Shown here: piece by piece, positions 27,701 through 40,400 of the stretch | How positions within the stretch are numbered: the first letter of the stretch is position 1 | How the letters are laid out: every line of letters starts with the position of its first letter | Assembly: GCA_964035545.1 (NCBI GenBank) | Contig: OZ037773.1 | Coordinates: forward strand, 8,895,751-8,959,750 | Length of the DNA: 64,000 bases | Origin: Bugula neritina | Lineage: Eukaryota > Animalia > Bryozoa | Direction: 5' to 3' | Translations under genes and position numbers: made by a program | Notes under the pieces: generated by a model | What the model saw: the letters and a program-made list of their open reading frames with translations, nothing else | Database searches by the model: none | What the model was told of the DNA's origin: nothing

Positions 27701-30700
27701 CGAGTTTCCACCATCTGTCATAAACCTCCTCAAATTTATCAACAATAACCAAGTTCAGACAATGGAAAGTGGCAAGAAAATTGAAGATATGGAGCTGAGG
27801 CAAGTACTTGTCGCTGCATTCTATGACTGTGTGATTTTCCTTATCAAAGATTACAAATGTCTCCCAGTCACAGCACTAAAAGAGGTTAGTATGTTAACAT
27901 AGCATGTTTTGTTTACTGATTCTAATAGTCATGAAAAGTGGTAGATTTTATGAAGACAATACAGATATTTAAAGCAGCTGTTATAATTTTTATTCACATC
28001 CCCAAAAGTTTATTTTTTGGCTATAGATACTGTAAACTTTCATTACAATTGCTATCTCCCTGAGAACCCCTGATTGAAAGTTGTTTTCAAGGTGTTGAAG
28101 ACTTTTTTCTATTGTGGCATTTATGACAGAAATCCTTTTTTAACATCCAACATATTTTGCTTCAATTAGACACATTGACATTCACTTATAAGCCAGTGCT
28201 CTAACTACTAGACTACTGCTGCTCTTGTGAGCAGTGTGGAGTCACCAGAACTTCTTGGTTTGTAAACAGAATGCACGAGTAGTTCTATCAGATAAAATAA
28301 AAGTGAATTCTTGGTATAATTAAAATGTTGGAACGTCTGGTAAAAAAAGGTTTTCATCATGGGGCTAGAGATTGTTTTTTTATTCTGGCATTTATGTCAG
28401 CATGCCTTTTGTAACATCACTGATGGTTTTTAATAAGAGTAGACTCACTGACGTTCACTAAGCCACTAAGCAATGTGGATCTATCAAAACTTTTTGGTTT
28501 CTATCAGAATGCTATAGAGTTCCATCAGATATAAAAAAGTGAATTTTTGGTAGAATTAAAATGGACAGATTTGTAACTATAGTAGAGCATGAATCCATCC
28601 GCTCATTTCTGAGCCATTTTATTTAGTTTTTAATATCCGATTGCTTAAAGCTTGCTCTGAACTCAATCACTGCCATCATTGTTGCAGGCTTGTAATGAAT
28701 ATCTACAACTCTCTTTAACTGCAGATGAGTGGAAAATGACATTCTCACAGCATGACAGGTAATATGAGACAATACACAAGCTATTATTCCTCATCACAGC
28801 TCTTGCAATATATGGACTTGGCTGAAATATGTATATGTAAATAATCTACATGTATAATATAAGTAAATCAACAGTTACACTCTCTGAGATGAAAAGTATA
28901 GTTGGTTATTTGATTAAATATAAGCTATAATGTTTAATTCAAAAAATTATATTTATGTCGCTTATTACTGGAAAGTTTTCTTGTGCAACTTATTACTATA
29001 CTTTCCCTGAAACTCAGATATCTTCAATTCTTTTCAGCAGCAATAATAACTGTTTCTTGAAAACATAGCTGTGATAGTTTTAGTCAAAATCCACAAACTA
29101 AAAGTGCTAAAATATTTTCTTCTCCACTTCAGAATTATCACAAATATTGACAACACTGATGGAGCTAAGACAGAGGAAATCAATCTTTTAGCAAAGTAAG
29201 ATTTTGAGCCATTATTAAATATTAATATCTGGACAATTGTTTACTTATATTAATTTACAAGTTTCACTATTCTGAGGCCATAGTTCAAGTTGTATCTGGT
29301 TGTAGTGAACAGTTCAGTTTATGGAAAAAGACAAATCAGTTGCTGGGAGATTCTATTGAAATACCAAACATTGCTGACATAAAACGCATCTACAAGGTAA
29401 TTGACAACTATAGAGCAAAGCAAATTGTTCTACTATAGTTATATACTACTAGCTCTAGTACAAGTAGCAGTTGTAGCAGTTGTAGTAGTGGTGGTGGCGA
29501 TGGCGGTGGTGGTGATGGTATCATCAGCAGTAACCATTTAAGGATATAGCTTAGTTGCTTTAGTTGGTCTGACCAGAATAGCTGAAGAAGTATTATATCA
29601 TGTGCTTTATATAATTTGATTGCTTGGTAAATTATCAACCTTGATGGTTCCATTTATGTTTTTGTTATTCCTTGTACTATTTATAGAAGAAAGATGAATA
29701 TTCAACACAAGTTGGAGGAGCTGTCGGATACAGCAGCTCTCAACTTGAAGGTGTGACTCTGATGGAGAATCTGAAACTAGGTGAAAGAGCTGCCAAAGAC
29801 AGCATCTCACAACGTAAAGGTATGACTATAATGTATAGCATGTCGTAAAACATTTTAAGTAATATGAACTACATTTATGCTAAATAATTAATTAGTATAA
29901 TTGGGGTATTGAACCTGCAAATTTGAGATCAGTTAGATTGTCTTATTCTGAGCAAGAGTCTTTGTGTGATGGTTAGCGAACGTATATACTACTCTCACGT
30001 GTTGGGCATCCAATAAGACTGAAGCACGTGATTACCCCTTCCGGAACAGGATGCTTCAGTAAGACAGATAGAGTAGTTAATTAGTAGGAGCGCGTTAGTA
30101 AATGTAGTAGGCTTGTATTAGATTGTAAATGTATTTTCGACACTGGATGTGTCTCTCTTTATTTTATATGAGTACAACAAATATAGTTCATTGTGTCACG
30201 CTACCAACAGAGTAATTCATCTAGTTACTAAGTGAATCCACCATCATTGCACACACGCAGAACCCACCCTAAGATGATAATTGGCAGAATTATTACATTT
30301 GTATACAGAGTTGTCTTCTTAGCTGCTGTGTAAAGTAATGATACTACAGTTAATTGCTATTTCTGCAAATTGAATGCAAACAACCATGAGTGTACAAATT
30401 GCTTTATATAATATTTTATGTGTATTTTATACAATATTGAGTTATAATACATTAAAGCATTCATTTATAAAATTTGCTTAAAAGCTTTATTCATTCTAAT
30501 ATATTCATTTATAATATAATCTGTTAATATATGTATTGTTGCAGCTGGTACAGATTTTCCGTACAGTCTAGATGATTACTCTGTTATCTTGGAAAGTTAC
30601 TGCTATGACGTAGCTGATGGTGGAGGGCATACTATACTAATTAGTAGATGGAAAGGGTTTGATGTATTGGATACTAGTAGTAAAGTATCTGAATCTAGCA

Positions 30701-32208
30701 GTAGTGTAGGAGGGAGGAGATATGAGATAGTGAAGTCTGTCACAATAGAAGAAAGTGGTTTTATTCGGTCAATACAGAGATATGAGAGCTGTATATATAC
30801 TCTGTGTAGAGTAAATGGTCAGCTACAAGTAGTAGTGTTTGATGCTAACACATATGTTGAAGTAAAGAGATGGTCTGTACCAGAGATTGTAGGATACCTT
30901 ATTAAACTAGCTGTGTGTGATGAGAAGGTATATATAACAGATTACAGACATAAACGGCTAACTGTATTCTCTACAGATGGTAAACATCTCACTAATATTA
31001 CACAGTCTATAAGTTTCATTGAGCCCTCTGCCCTCTCTGTATGCCCTCCACACAGTATCATCATATGTGACTTCTCAGCTGACAGAGTACATAAACTAGA
31101 CACTACAACACATGACATCATATGGAGTTCTACTGCAGTGAAGATACCTGTAGCAGTATGCTGTGACCACACACGTGGAGAAGTGTGGGTGTTGTCTTGT
31201 TATACTGACTCTCTGTTCATTCTAGACTCTGAGACAGGTATGCAGCTAATCATGTTTATTGTAAGTTTAATGCCACCACATACTATATATATAGTTTGAT
31301 GTATATGTTGTTTCGGTGTAAATAGGGCCTGTAATACGGACAGGTTTCAAATCTTAACTTTGTGCAATTTTTATATGGCTAATAATTCTGCTAAACCATG
31401 CAGCATATGAGACAATATGAGACAATAGTAATACAACTTCTGAAATTATAGCCTTGTAATTTCTATATACCCAACTTAATGCATACTTGACTACATTAAA
31501 TTTCAATTACTTTTTATTATTGCAAACAGGCCTAATATAATCATATTTCGGTCCCCTTTGTTAGGCTAGTTTTATCATTCTCCTAAGAAAGTTCTTGAAA
31601 CATAATGGCAGTTTTACTCCATATAAGCTACATTCTGTTTAAAAGTAGAACATCTCCTTCAGCATAGAACCTTGTGTTCCAGAGAGCCCTGCACCATGTG
31701 GTTATTGAGTCTAAACGCATGTATAAAATTTAATATAGTATATAGTCCATATAAATATATAATTAAACATATTAAGGTAGAAGTTAATTGTATATTTGCA
31801 ATAAATGTGTAGACTGTAGAGTTATCTCATCACAACAGTTGGAAAACTTTATGGTAATAACTGCTGCAGCATATCAGCTAAACATTCTAATCATGAAATG
31901 AATGAAATTTTTTTCAACTCATATGAATTCTAGATTCTAGAACAAACATTACTATTTGACTTTCTGGTGCCATTTATATGGAAAATATAAATTATAAGTT
32001 ATTTATTATTTTCATGCAAAGGTAAAGCTTGAATTTGGAATTTAATAAAATATATATACTAATACATTTTGTAGGAAAGCAGAAGCAGACAGTAAGCAGA
32101 AGAGAAGACTTTTTATCTTCTCCTTTTGGTATGTGTGTAGTGGAAGGACAACTCTGGGTAGTATCTTCCTTCAGCGGACTAATAAAACATAAAATTGTCA
32201 CCCACTAA
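24709..32208 (+). CDS. Array gene copy 2: two degenerate HEPN-like modules + NHL-like beta-propeller (~1015 aa)
   Basis: Exons 24709-25491, 25855-25925, 26042-26104, 26236-26350, 26626-26680, 27109-27884, 28688-28758, 29133-29195, 29306-29396, 29687-29819, 30545-31237, 32075-32208 (3048 nt, open). Same phases as copy 1. Confidence 0.85.
29965..30297. mobile_element. Solo LTR (TGTGAT...ATTACA, 4-bp TSD TTTG)
   Basis: tttg|tgtgatgg...attattaca|tttg; absent from the matching intron of copy 1 (~19180). Confidence 0.8.
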
Positions 32209-34490
32209 CTGTGTTCTGTTTGCAGTGTGCATGTCTTGTGGAAACAAAATTTTGTATTAAGGGATATCAATGATGCGTGTTGCAACATAGAATAGATAGT
32301 TTAGTTGATTTTCTGCTGTATTGCGTTTTATACATGATTTATTCGTCTTTCATACATCATATGTAACAAACCAATGACTTCAATGTTATTTATCTTTTCT
32401 AGTACCTGCATTTTAGAATTGTCTCATTTTTCAACCTATTGAATCATAATATGTTCAGTAAATTGTATAGATATATCACCTTAACTATGATAATAACAAA
32501 CTCTCTATAGATGTAGACTGTATGGGATGAAAGTTTTTAAATACATACCATCCAGGTTTAAGTCTACAATCAGCACATTATATTCCATGTGTGTATTTTA
32601 TGTCCTCACAATTTAGTTGTATATTGTTTTGGTGTCAGGGAATCAATTTGAATCTAGATGTAGTAGTATTATTTAGTTGTAGTATTATTATTTAGTTGTA
32701 GTAGTATTATTTAGTTGTAGTAGTATTATTTAGTTGTAGTATTATTTAGTTGCTAATAATAAAAATGATAAAATCCAAACAGTTGTGAAATTCATTTTTA
32801 GAAATCATCTAGCCAATGTGCTATATTAATATAAAACTTATGCATAGCTATAATTGATGAGAGAAGAAACAGCAAGTCCTCAGTTGGACACAGAGATTGA
32901 GTTAACTGATTATTGCAAAAAAGTCACAAGTGTTGAATATATTGAATATATATTCACAGTATATTGAATTGTCTTCCCCTTGATTTACATGTGCCATGTA
33001 CCTCTACATGTCAACATAGTAGTTCTCTTACTTCAACCAGTATACAAATAATAGATGCCAGTGGTCCCCCCCCCCCCCCCCCCCCGTAAACTAATAATAA
33101 TAATAATATTTGTCCTTCATTGATGACCTCGCAAGAGAAGATAACACCTCTGAATACAGCTGATATATGATTTATATAGTCAGTACGTAGCTGGGAGCTG
33201 GGATTAATAGATTCAACAGTTATTAGCTCAGTTACACCCTTCTAGAATATTCTATTCTTATATCACTCTGTAATGTGGACATAAACTCATGTTCCTTATA
33301 GATTATTTGTATTACACATAGCTATGAAGATGAAATTGGATTAGGATATGATTATTTCTTCTAACTCTCTACTCTACTCAATAATAGAATAGAAAAGATT
33401 ACTTTCCATCAACTTCACTAGTTGTAACAAAATGAATGCTTGACTCTTGAATCATCAACAGCCTGTTATAACGCCTCTAGCATGTTAGACATTGTATAGC
33501 AGTAATGTTGATATTTTAATTTGGTTTCTCTATGAAGTGCATGTAAAGTATTATTAGCTTGAAGCTCCATCTAGAATTGTACCTTATACAAATAGGTGAT
33601 GTAATACTCACAAGCTGACATGCCTCAATAAATAAAAATTGTAATATGTTTTTCAATATAAAAAGGAAAAGGTAGCTTTAAATGTATCAAACCTTGCTTC
33701 AAACAAAATATATTGGAATGTTGCTCACAGTAAAGATTCAATATAAAAGATATGTAGGTCTTTAAGATGTGAATTGACTTGACAATTTCTACCAATTGTT
33801 CTTAATTTCACCATATCATAACCTTTGCAATCACAATGGCTCATTTTCTACTCATACTCAATAGCTCCTTTTAGTTTGCATGTCCTTATCTTGCAGCTAG
33901 TGGTTCCTTGAAAATCTCCAATTGTGTTTTAACAATTGCTTGCAAAACTTACTCTTAGCCAGCATGCAAAACATATAACCCAAGTAGAAGATATTGTCTA
34001 GCAAAACATAATTATAAACAAAGGTGAAGATATTGTCTACTTCTATAGAATGTAGATCGTCATATACATTGATGCACAATAAGGTTTTGAATATTACGTT
34101 GAATATAAGCTAAAGTCGAAGGGTTGAATATGCCAATAAGCTGGCGGAAGTATAAGTCAGAGAGGAAAGTATTTAAACTGATATCTAGCTTCTAATGACT
34201 AGTTTTTACTGGCAAATATAAGCGTTTTGATACATACTGTATATCTGCTTGCAAAAGCAACATGCCTACTTGCCTTTACCCACTAAAATGAAATAGTGTA
34301 CTAGACGTAAGAGGTTGGCGCATCAATACATGTTGTGGGATCACTAGAAGTAGCACAAAGTGCAAGAGTTACTGAGTGTAACATTAATTTTATTTACACG
34401 TGGTTTGTCCAAACTCCAACGGTCCAACTCTAAACCCTGTGCTGCATCTAGCATACCTCCTACAACTAAACGGTTAGATATAATATTATA

Positions 34491-34909
34491 TGCAGTGATC
34501 TGGCTCCCATCTAGTTTGATGGATATTATTTGATTGGCTGTTTGGCGCACGTGTTATTGTTGATGTCTGAGAAAGTCGCTGTGCGCGTCGACTCAACGTA
34601 CACAATAATTATAATATATCGCTGCATACGCCTAAAGTGGCCATCATTGCAACCATACTTAGTTCTATTTTAAATTTTAAAGTTGTTTATTGCTTTAAAA
34701 GCATCATCAATTAAGTTACAGTAAGATGTTGTAGAGGTTGTAATGACTTTATCATTATGATGATCGATTTCGAGAGCACGCGTACGCCATGACGTTCAAG
34801 GGCGTTAAAAAAATATCGTGCACTTTTAATCAGTAAGCCAATCAGAGACGCTACCTTATCAGCCAATCAGAAAATATCCAGCAACTGAGTGTCGAGCCAG
34901 ATTACTGCA
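34491..34909. mobile_element. MITE with imperfect TIRs, flanked by TA
   Basis: tata|tgcagtgatctggctc...gagccagattactgca|tata; pairing extends ~50 bp inward (tgattggctg/cagccaatca). Confidence 0.75.
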
Positions 34910-35545
34910 TATAGAAACTTCCCAACTAAACAAGGTCCGGCTGTAGTTCGTAGTTACGAAATCTAATAGTAATACTGATAGTAATTGCATTATTGCTTAT
35001 TTTACTTTATTTTCATTTAGTCAGCCGTAATTCGTAATTATTGGCAACTTACCACTAAAATGTAGTAAATCACAGTTTTAGTGGCCTTTACTACTTTGGA
35101 CTAGCCTAAACTCAACAGTGCCACTGCCAGTTTAAGTTTTACTTTTGAATTTTTTTTCAGTTTGAGTTTCACGTTCAGTTTGAGTTTCACATTCTGATTC
35201 ACTCATTCTGATTCTCATTGTCATTCACATTCTTATTGATTTTGAATTTCAATTTCAACTCGCTATTCTAATTTATATAGCTATTGAATGTGAATATGGA
35301 TATATTTATACTTATACTTTAACTTAATTCTTATAATTATACTTATAGTTAATCATAATGTTATACTTATACTTATACTTATAGTAAATGGAATTGTTGT
35401 TGGATTGAATTTGATATTGAGGTTGATAATGATATTGAGTTTCAAAATTTAATTTATATTATTACTATAGTATCAATATTACTACTAGTACTACTATTAG
35501 ATTTAGTATAAGTATTAGTATTACTGTTACTATCAGTTTTAGTAT

Positions 35546-35899
35546 TGTAGTGAATTTCTCAATTCACTATATTATGTGGGTCGACTTATACAAAGCTACT
35601 ACACCAGGTTATTTACGTTATAACAAGTTTATTATTTACAAGATACAAGAATTGAATTACTACTAACATGAATTGTACGATTACATAATAATGAGCACTT
35701 TGCACACAACTACTCTAAGCGAAGTCCCAAGCTGCTGCTTCCACTACGAGTAGCTAGCTCCACCTGCTATCAATTAACAGTCCTTCCTGATTGGCTGGTA
35801 TTAGTGGTGCCGCTGTCGACCATAAGATGTAAGTCGGCTGGAAGTCGACCCTTTCGATATATAAACTAATTGTTAATTGCACTACTGAAATCCATTACA
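35546..35899. mobile_element. Solo LTR, same family as 18408-18803 (TSD GTAT)
   Basis: gtat|tgtagtgaatttctcaattcac...ccattaca|gtat. Confidence 0.85.
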
Positions 35900-36161
35900 G
35901 TATCACTAATAATTTTTAAATACTTTAGGTTTAACTTTTACTTTACTTTAGGTTTAAGTAGAACTAAAATTCACGAGTTTGAGTTCATTTGACTTTCAAG
36001 TTTAGTTTTATGAAAAGTAAAACCATTAATATGTTAACAATAGCAGTTGAATTTGATGTTATATTGTTATTAATATTTAAAGTTTTTCTAAGTATAATAA
36101 TGATTTTGATATTCATATTTATATTATTATTAATATCATTATCATTATGAGTATAATATTG

Positions 36162-36612
36162 TGTTAAATATTAGAGTTACCCTGCCTTGTTACACACCAC
36201 CATAAGAACGCCAATCTAACAGTAACTATTATAAATAGCATTGCCCTTTTCCCTCTTCTAATTATACACTTGGTTGAGACTCATTTTTGTTGACTCATGT
36301 GAACCGACAGTTGGACCGAGTGCGGCTCGTGGATGCCAACAGACCGAATGTCAGTTACCGACATGACCAGTGTCGGTTACCTACATGACGAATGTTCGGC
36401 CCAAGGTTCTGGAAGCCCTTTGTTCTGTTAATATAAAAGGAAGCCCTTTTCGCGCTTCAGTCGCTTGAAGACTGGAGCTCGGACTGGAAGGATCAAGATT
36501 ACAATAAGGATACAACACACATACTATTTCAACACTCTCTCTTGTCTCTTCTATAACAAAGAGTTATTTTCTCTGCCTGATTCCAATCAATAACCCACAA
36601 ACTAATACAACA
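36162..36612 (+). mobile_element. Possible solo LTR
   Basis: TGTT...AACA ends, internal TATAAAAG, short direct repeats and higher GC than the flanks; no TSD found. Confidence 0.4.
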
Positions 36613-37471
36613 TGTTTTTTAATTTAGCTCAGACTGAAGCCACACAAACTAACGCTGCTGTGCTATATGAATGTTTTATGTTAGTAGCACAATACGTTTT
36701 TTGGAAGAATGACTTTTTTGTGTTTAAAATAAACCTGACTTAAAATTTGCATTTTACTTTATCATTATGGTTGCCACTGCAGCATGGTTAACTAGGCATG
36801 TGCAGAGCGGAAGTCATGGACACCTATGAAGCTAGTTCAAACTATACCAACATTTTCAAAGTACATGTTGTATCGAAATAGTAATTTTAATAATCAGACC
36901 TCATAAAAGTTTTAGTATTATTGTGTGTAAACAGTTTTAAGTTGATGTATTTATAGCAATAACGTGCATAATTTAGTAAACTTAATTTAGAGTTTAGGCA
37001 ATGCTCATAGAGCTTATTACCTTATTGTCACTGTGGCGATATTCAGATAGAATAGAGTTGCCCTGCGTGCAAACCAACATGATATTTAATGTATTACTGT
37101 ATTAGGTGTGGGGAAGTGTTGAAGGAATTTTTTAAATTTAATCAATTTTAAAATAAAAATGTCTAATAAATTGTGCTGTAAAATATTTCTAAGCACAAAA
37201 GAACTATATGCTATTAAGCATTGCAATATTATGCAGTTTTTGATTTAATTAAGTCTGCCCTACACACATCAACTTCAGAGCTACGAATTATTCTGATTTT
37301 TTATTCGATCTTCTGTATATAAATTCCTTTATTGTTTAAGGCACCATTTCATTTCAATATTTTGCTTCGTAAGGTGTTTTAGCTTTAAACATTTGGGTGC
37401 AATTTATGATTTTTTAGCCTAGAGTTCTTGCCCTAATTTATTCTAGTTTCTTTTTTAGATATTTATGAGAA

Positions 37472-40400
37472 ATGGCCATCAGAACAGATGCTAGCTATAA
37501 TGACATAGGATTCTGTGTGCTGGCTGGTTGCAACACTGAAGCTGTTCTTCGCCAGTCCATAGCCTCTGTGTTGATCAGAGAATTGGATTCAAACTATCAT
37601 CGATTAGCAGATGTGGTGGGGCGAAGGGTAAACTTTCAAGATGACAATGACTATATAGATCAAATAATCCAAGTGGCCAACACTATTACTGGAGAGCATT
37701 CCGTGGAAGATTGGGAAAACTTAAAAGGTAAAATTCTTGGAAAATTTACAAGACCCAAGTCGTTATCATGCGTTCATCTGTCAGAACTGATTGACGCTGT
37801 GGAGAAAAGCTGGAGTGTTGACCATCGAAGTTGTGTAGATGAGTTGATCTTCGGGTTACTACAGCTTGCTCTTCAAAGTAAAACACTCGACAGGCGATAC
37901 CGTTACACTTTTGCTGATTTGATCAAAATGGTGTGCCCTGGTAAAGCTGATACTGTTGGTTTACCGCTGTTTGCCAACTCTCCCATTTCTAATCCTATGA
38001 CCCCAGGAGTATGTGGTAGACTGCACAATGTCAAAAAAACTCGCAATAACATAGTTCATGAGGTTCTTCATTTTACTAGTGAGAGAAAAGAGTTTGAAAT
38101 CAATTACACACGTGCTGTGAATTTCTGTGTTACAAATTTCAACTGCTATCCACTAATAAAAGAGGTAAAATATTATAGCATGTTGGAAATATAGTTGAGT
38201 GATTTTGTTTAGCTTTTAATATTATAAACACATGTTGATATATGTTAAATGACAATTATTTATACATTTTGTATTGTAAAAGAAAGCCTGAAGTTTCTGT
38301 TGTAGACTGTGTTAGATGACCTTCAAAATATTACACTAAACCTACCTGGCTATGGCGCGATTAAAGATGCTTATGAAATGTAAGTAGATGAAATGCAAAT
38401 GAACCAAACTTTGGACCGTTTGCTATAACTTTGAGGTTTTGGATAAACCTTGTGCTATGTAAGATTTTGTAGTATCTACTTGTAGTTAGACTGAGAGTAA
38501 TACTATAGTATCTACTAGTAGTTAGACTAAGAGTAATACTATAGTATCTACTAGTAGTTGGACTGAGAGTAATACTATAGTATCTACTAGTAGTTGGACT
38601 AAGAGTAATACTATAGTATCTACTAGTAGTTAGACTAAGAGTATAGTATATACTAGTAGTTAGACTAAGAGTAATACTATAGTATATACTAGTAGTTAGA
38701 CTGAGAGTAATGCTATAGTATATATTAGTAGTTAGACTGAGTGATGCTATAGTGTCTACTAGTAGTTGGACTGAGTGATGCTATAGTATATACTAGTTGT
38801 TAGACTGAGAGTAATACTATAGTATCTACTAGTAGTTAGACTGAGAGTATAGTATCTACTAGTAGTTAGACTGAGAGTAATGCTATAGTATCTACTAGTA
38901 GTTAGACTGAGAGTATACTATCTACTAGTAGTTAGACTGAGAGTAATACTATAGTATATACTAGTAGTTAGACTGAGCGTAATACTATAGTATCTACTAG
39001 TAGTTGGACTGAGTGATGCTATAGTATATACTAGTAGTTAGACTGAGCGTAATACTATAGTATCTACTAGTAGTTAGACTGAGCGTAATACTATAGTATC
39101 TACTAGTAGTTGGACTGAGTGATGCTATAGTATATACTAGTAGTTGAACTAAGAGTAATGCTATAGTATATACTAGTAGTTAGACTGAGAGTAATGCTAT
39201 AGTGTCTACTAGTAGTCGGAGTTTAGCTCTCTTGTTGACTCTGTTGTAGGTCAGCAGCACAAAAAGGTCTATCTGCAGGAGAGATCAAGTCTCGTTTAAA
39301 GTTAGTCTCTTTTATTATCTTCTAATCTAGTGATCAGTCAATAAGATTATGAATTTGTGTCGATTGGTAGCAGAGTTTGGTTACATGAAGCTGATTTACT
39401 AATGAAACTATTTGTGAGAAATTGGTAACTTACAACTTGACAGAATTGAATTGCTCTCTAAATCGTAATATATTGGATATTGTTAAACTGATTTTATAAA
39501 TCTCTAGCCTATTAATTAGAAATCTGGAAAATTATCTAATAAGTACAAACAATGTTTATGTTCAAGCCAATGGGAACACCAATATAATGCCTAATATTAC
39601 CTCAATATCTTCTTAACTTCCTCTCAATATTTCCACAACGTCCCCTCCTATATTTCAAGAATTTTCCCGGCATGATTCTTGCATAGAAAGCGTTTAAGGC
39701 AAATGTTCTCAAGAAAAGCAACTTTTGCTGAGCTTAGAAATTTGCTCAATTTCGTTGGACCCCCAGTTTGTCTCGATTTTTATTCAATTTTAATTCTTTC
39801 TTCCTGGTAACGTTACCAAGCATAAGCTGCTCTACAAGGGTCATTCTTTACACGGATACACTGAAATAGAATGTGCTTCATGAAGGTGTAGTTTTGGTAA
39901 TGGTTTGCATTTATTTGGTAACTATTTTGTTTGTAAGTTTGTAAGAAATCAGAAATATTTATTTGTGATTAGCTATAAGTAGTTGAAAAGTTATTGATTT
40001 TAAAATGTTTTATTCTCGCAGGAAATATGATATGTGATGCGTGAATTAAAAGGCTTATGCTGTTTAGAAAAAGGATATAAATTAGCACTTTGCTTTGACT
40101 GGCATGGTTATCTTATTCTACCTTACTATCACCTGCAGACAACTGGAAACTTTACAACGGAGAGCTAATAAGGCAGTTGAGAAACTTGATAAGGCTATTC
40201 GGTATCAGGAAAGAGGAGATTTACCTCGATCTCGAGCTGAAATGTTGGAAGCAAAAGGACTCCTGACTGCAGGTATAATAATCAATTGCTTTGTTCAAAC
40301 ATTAAGTACAGTTTAGCATTTTTACTGTTCTGCTTTCAGCCCTATTTCACTCTGTACTCTCTATTTCACTCTGTACTCTCTATTTCACTCTGTACTCTCT

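Noticed and set aside
8953-27745. Recurrent antisense ORFs (8953-9240, 11728-12150, 25011-25298, 27449-27745)
   Set aside because: Shadows of the homogenised sense-strand tract; ends vary and there is no independent support.
35150-35200. ISRE-like agtttcac repeats upstream of the HEPN gene
   Set aside because: Embedded in low-complexity T-rich sequence more than 2 kb from the ATG; not distinguishable from chance.
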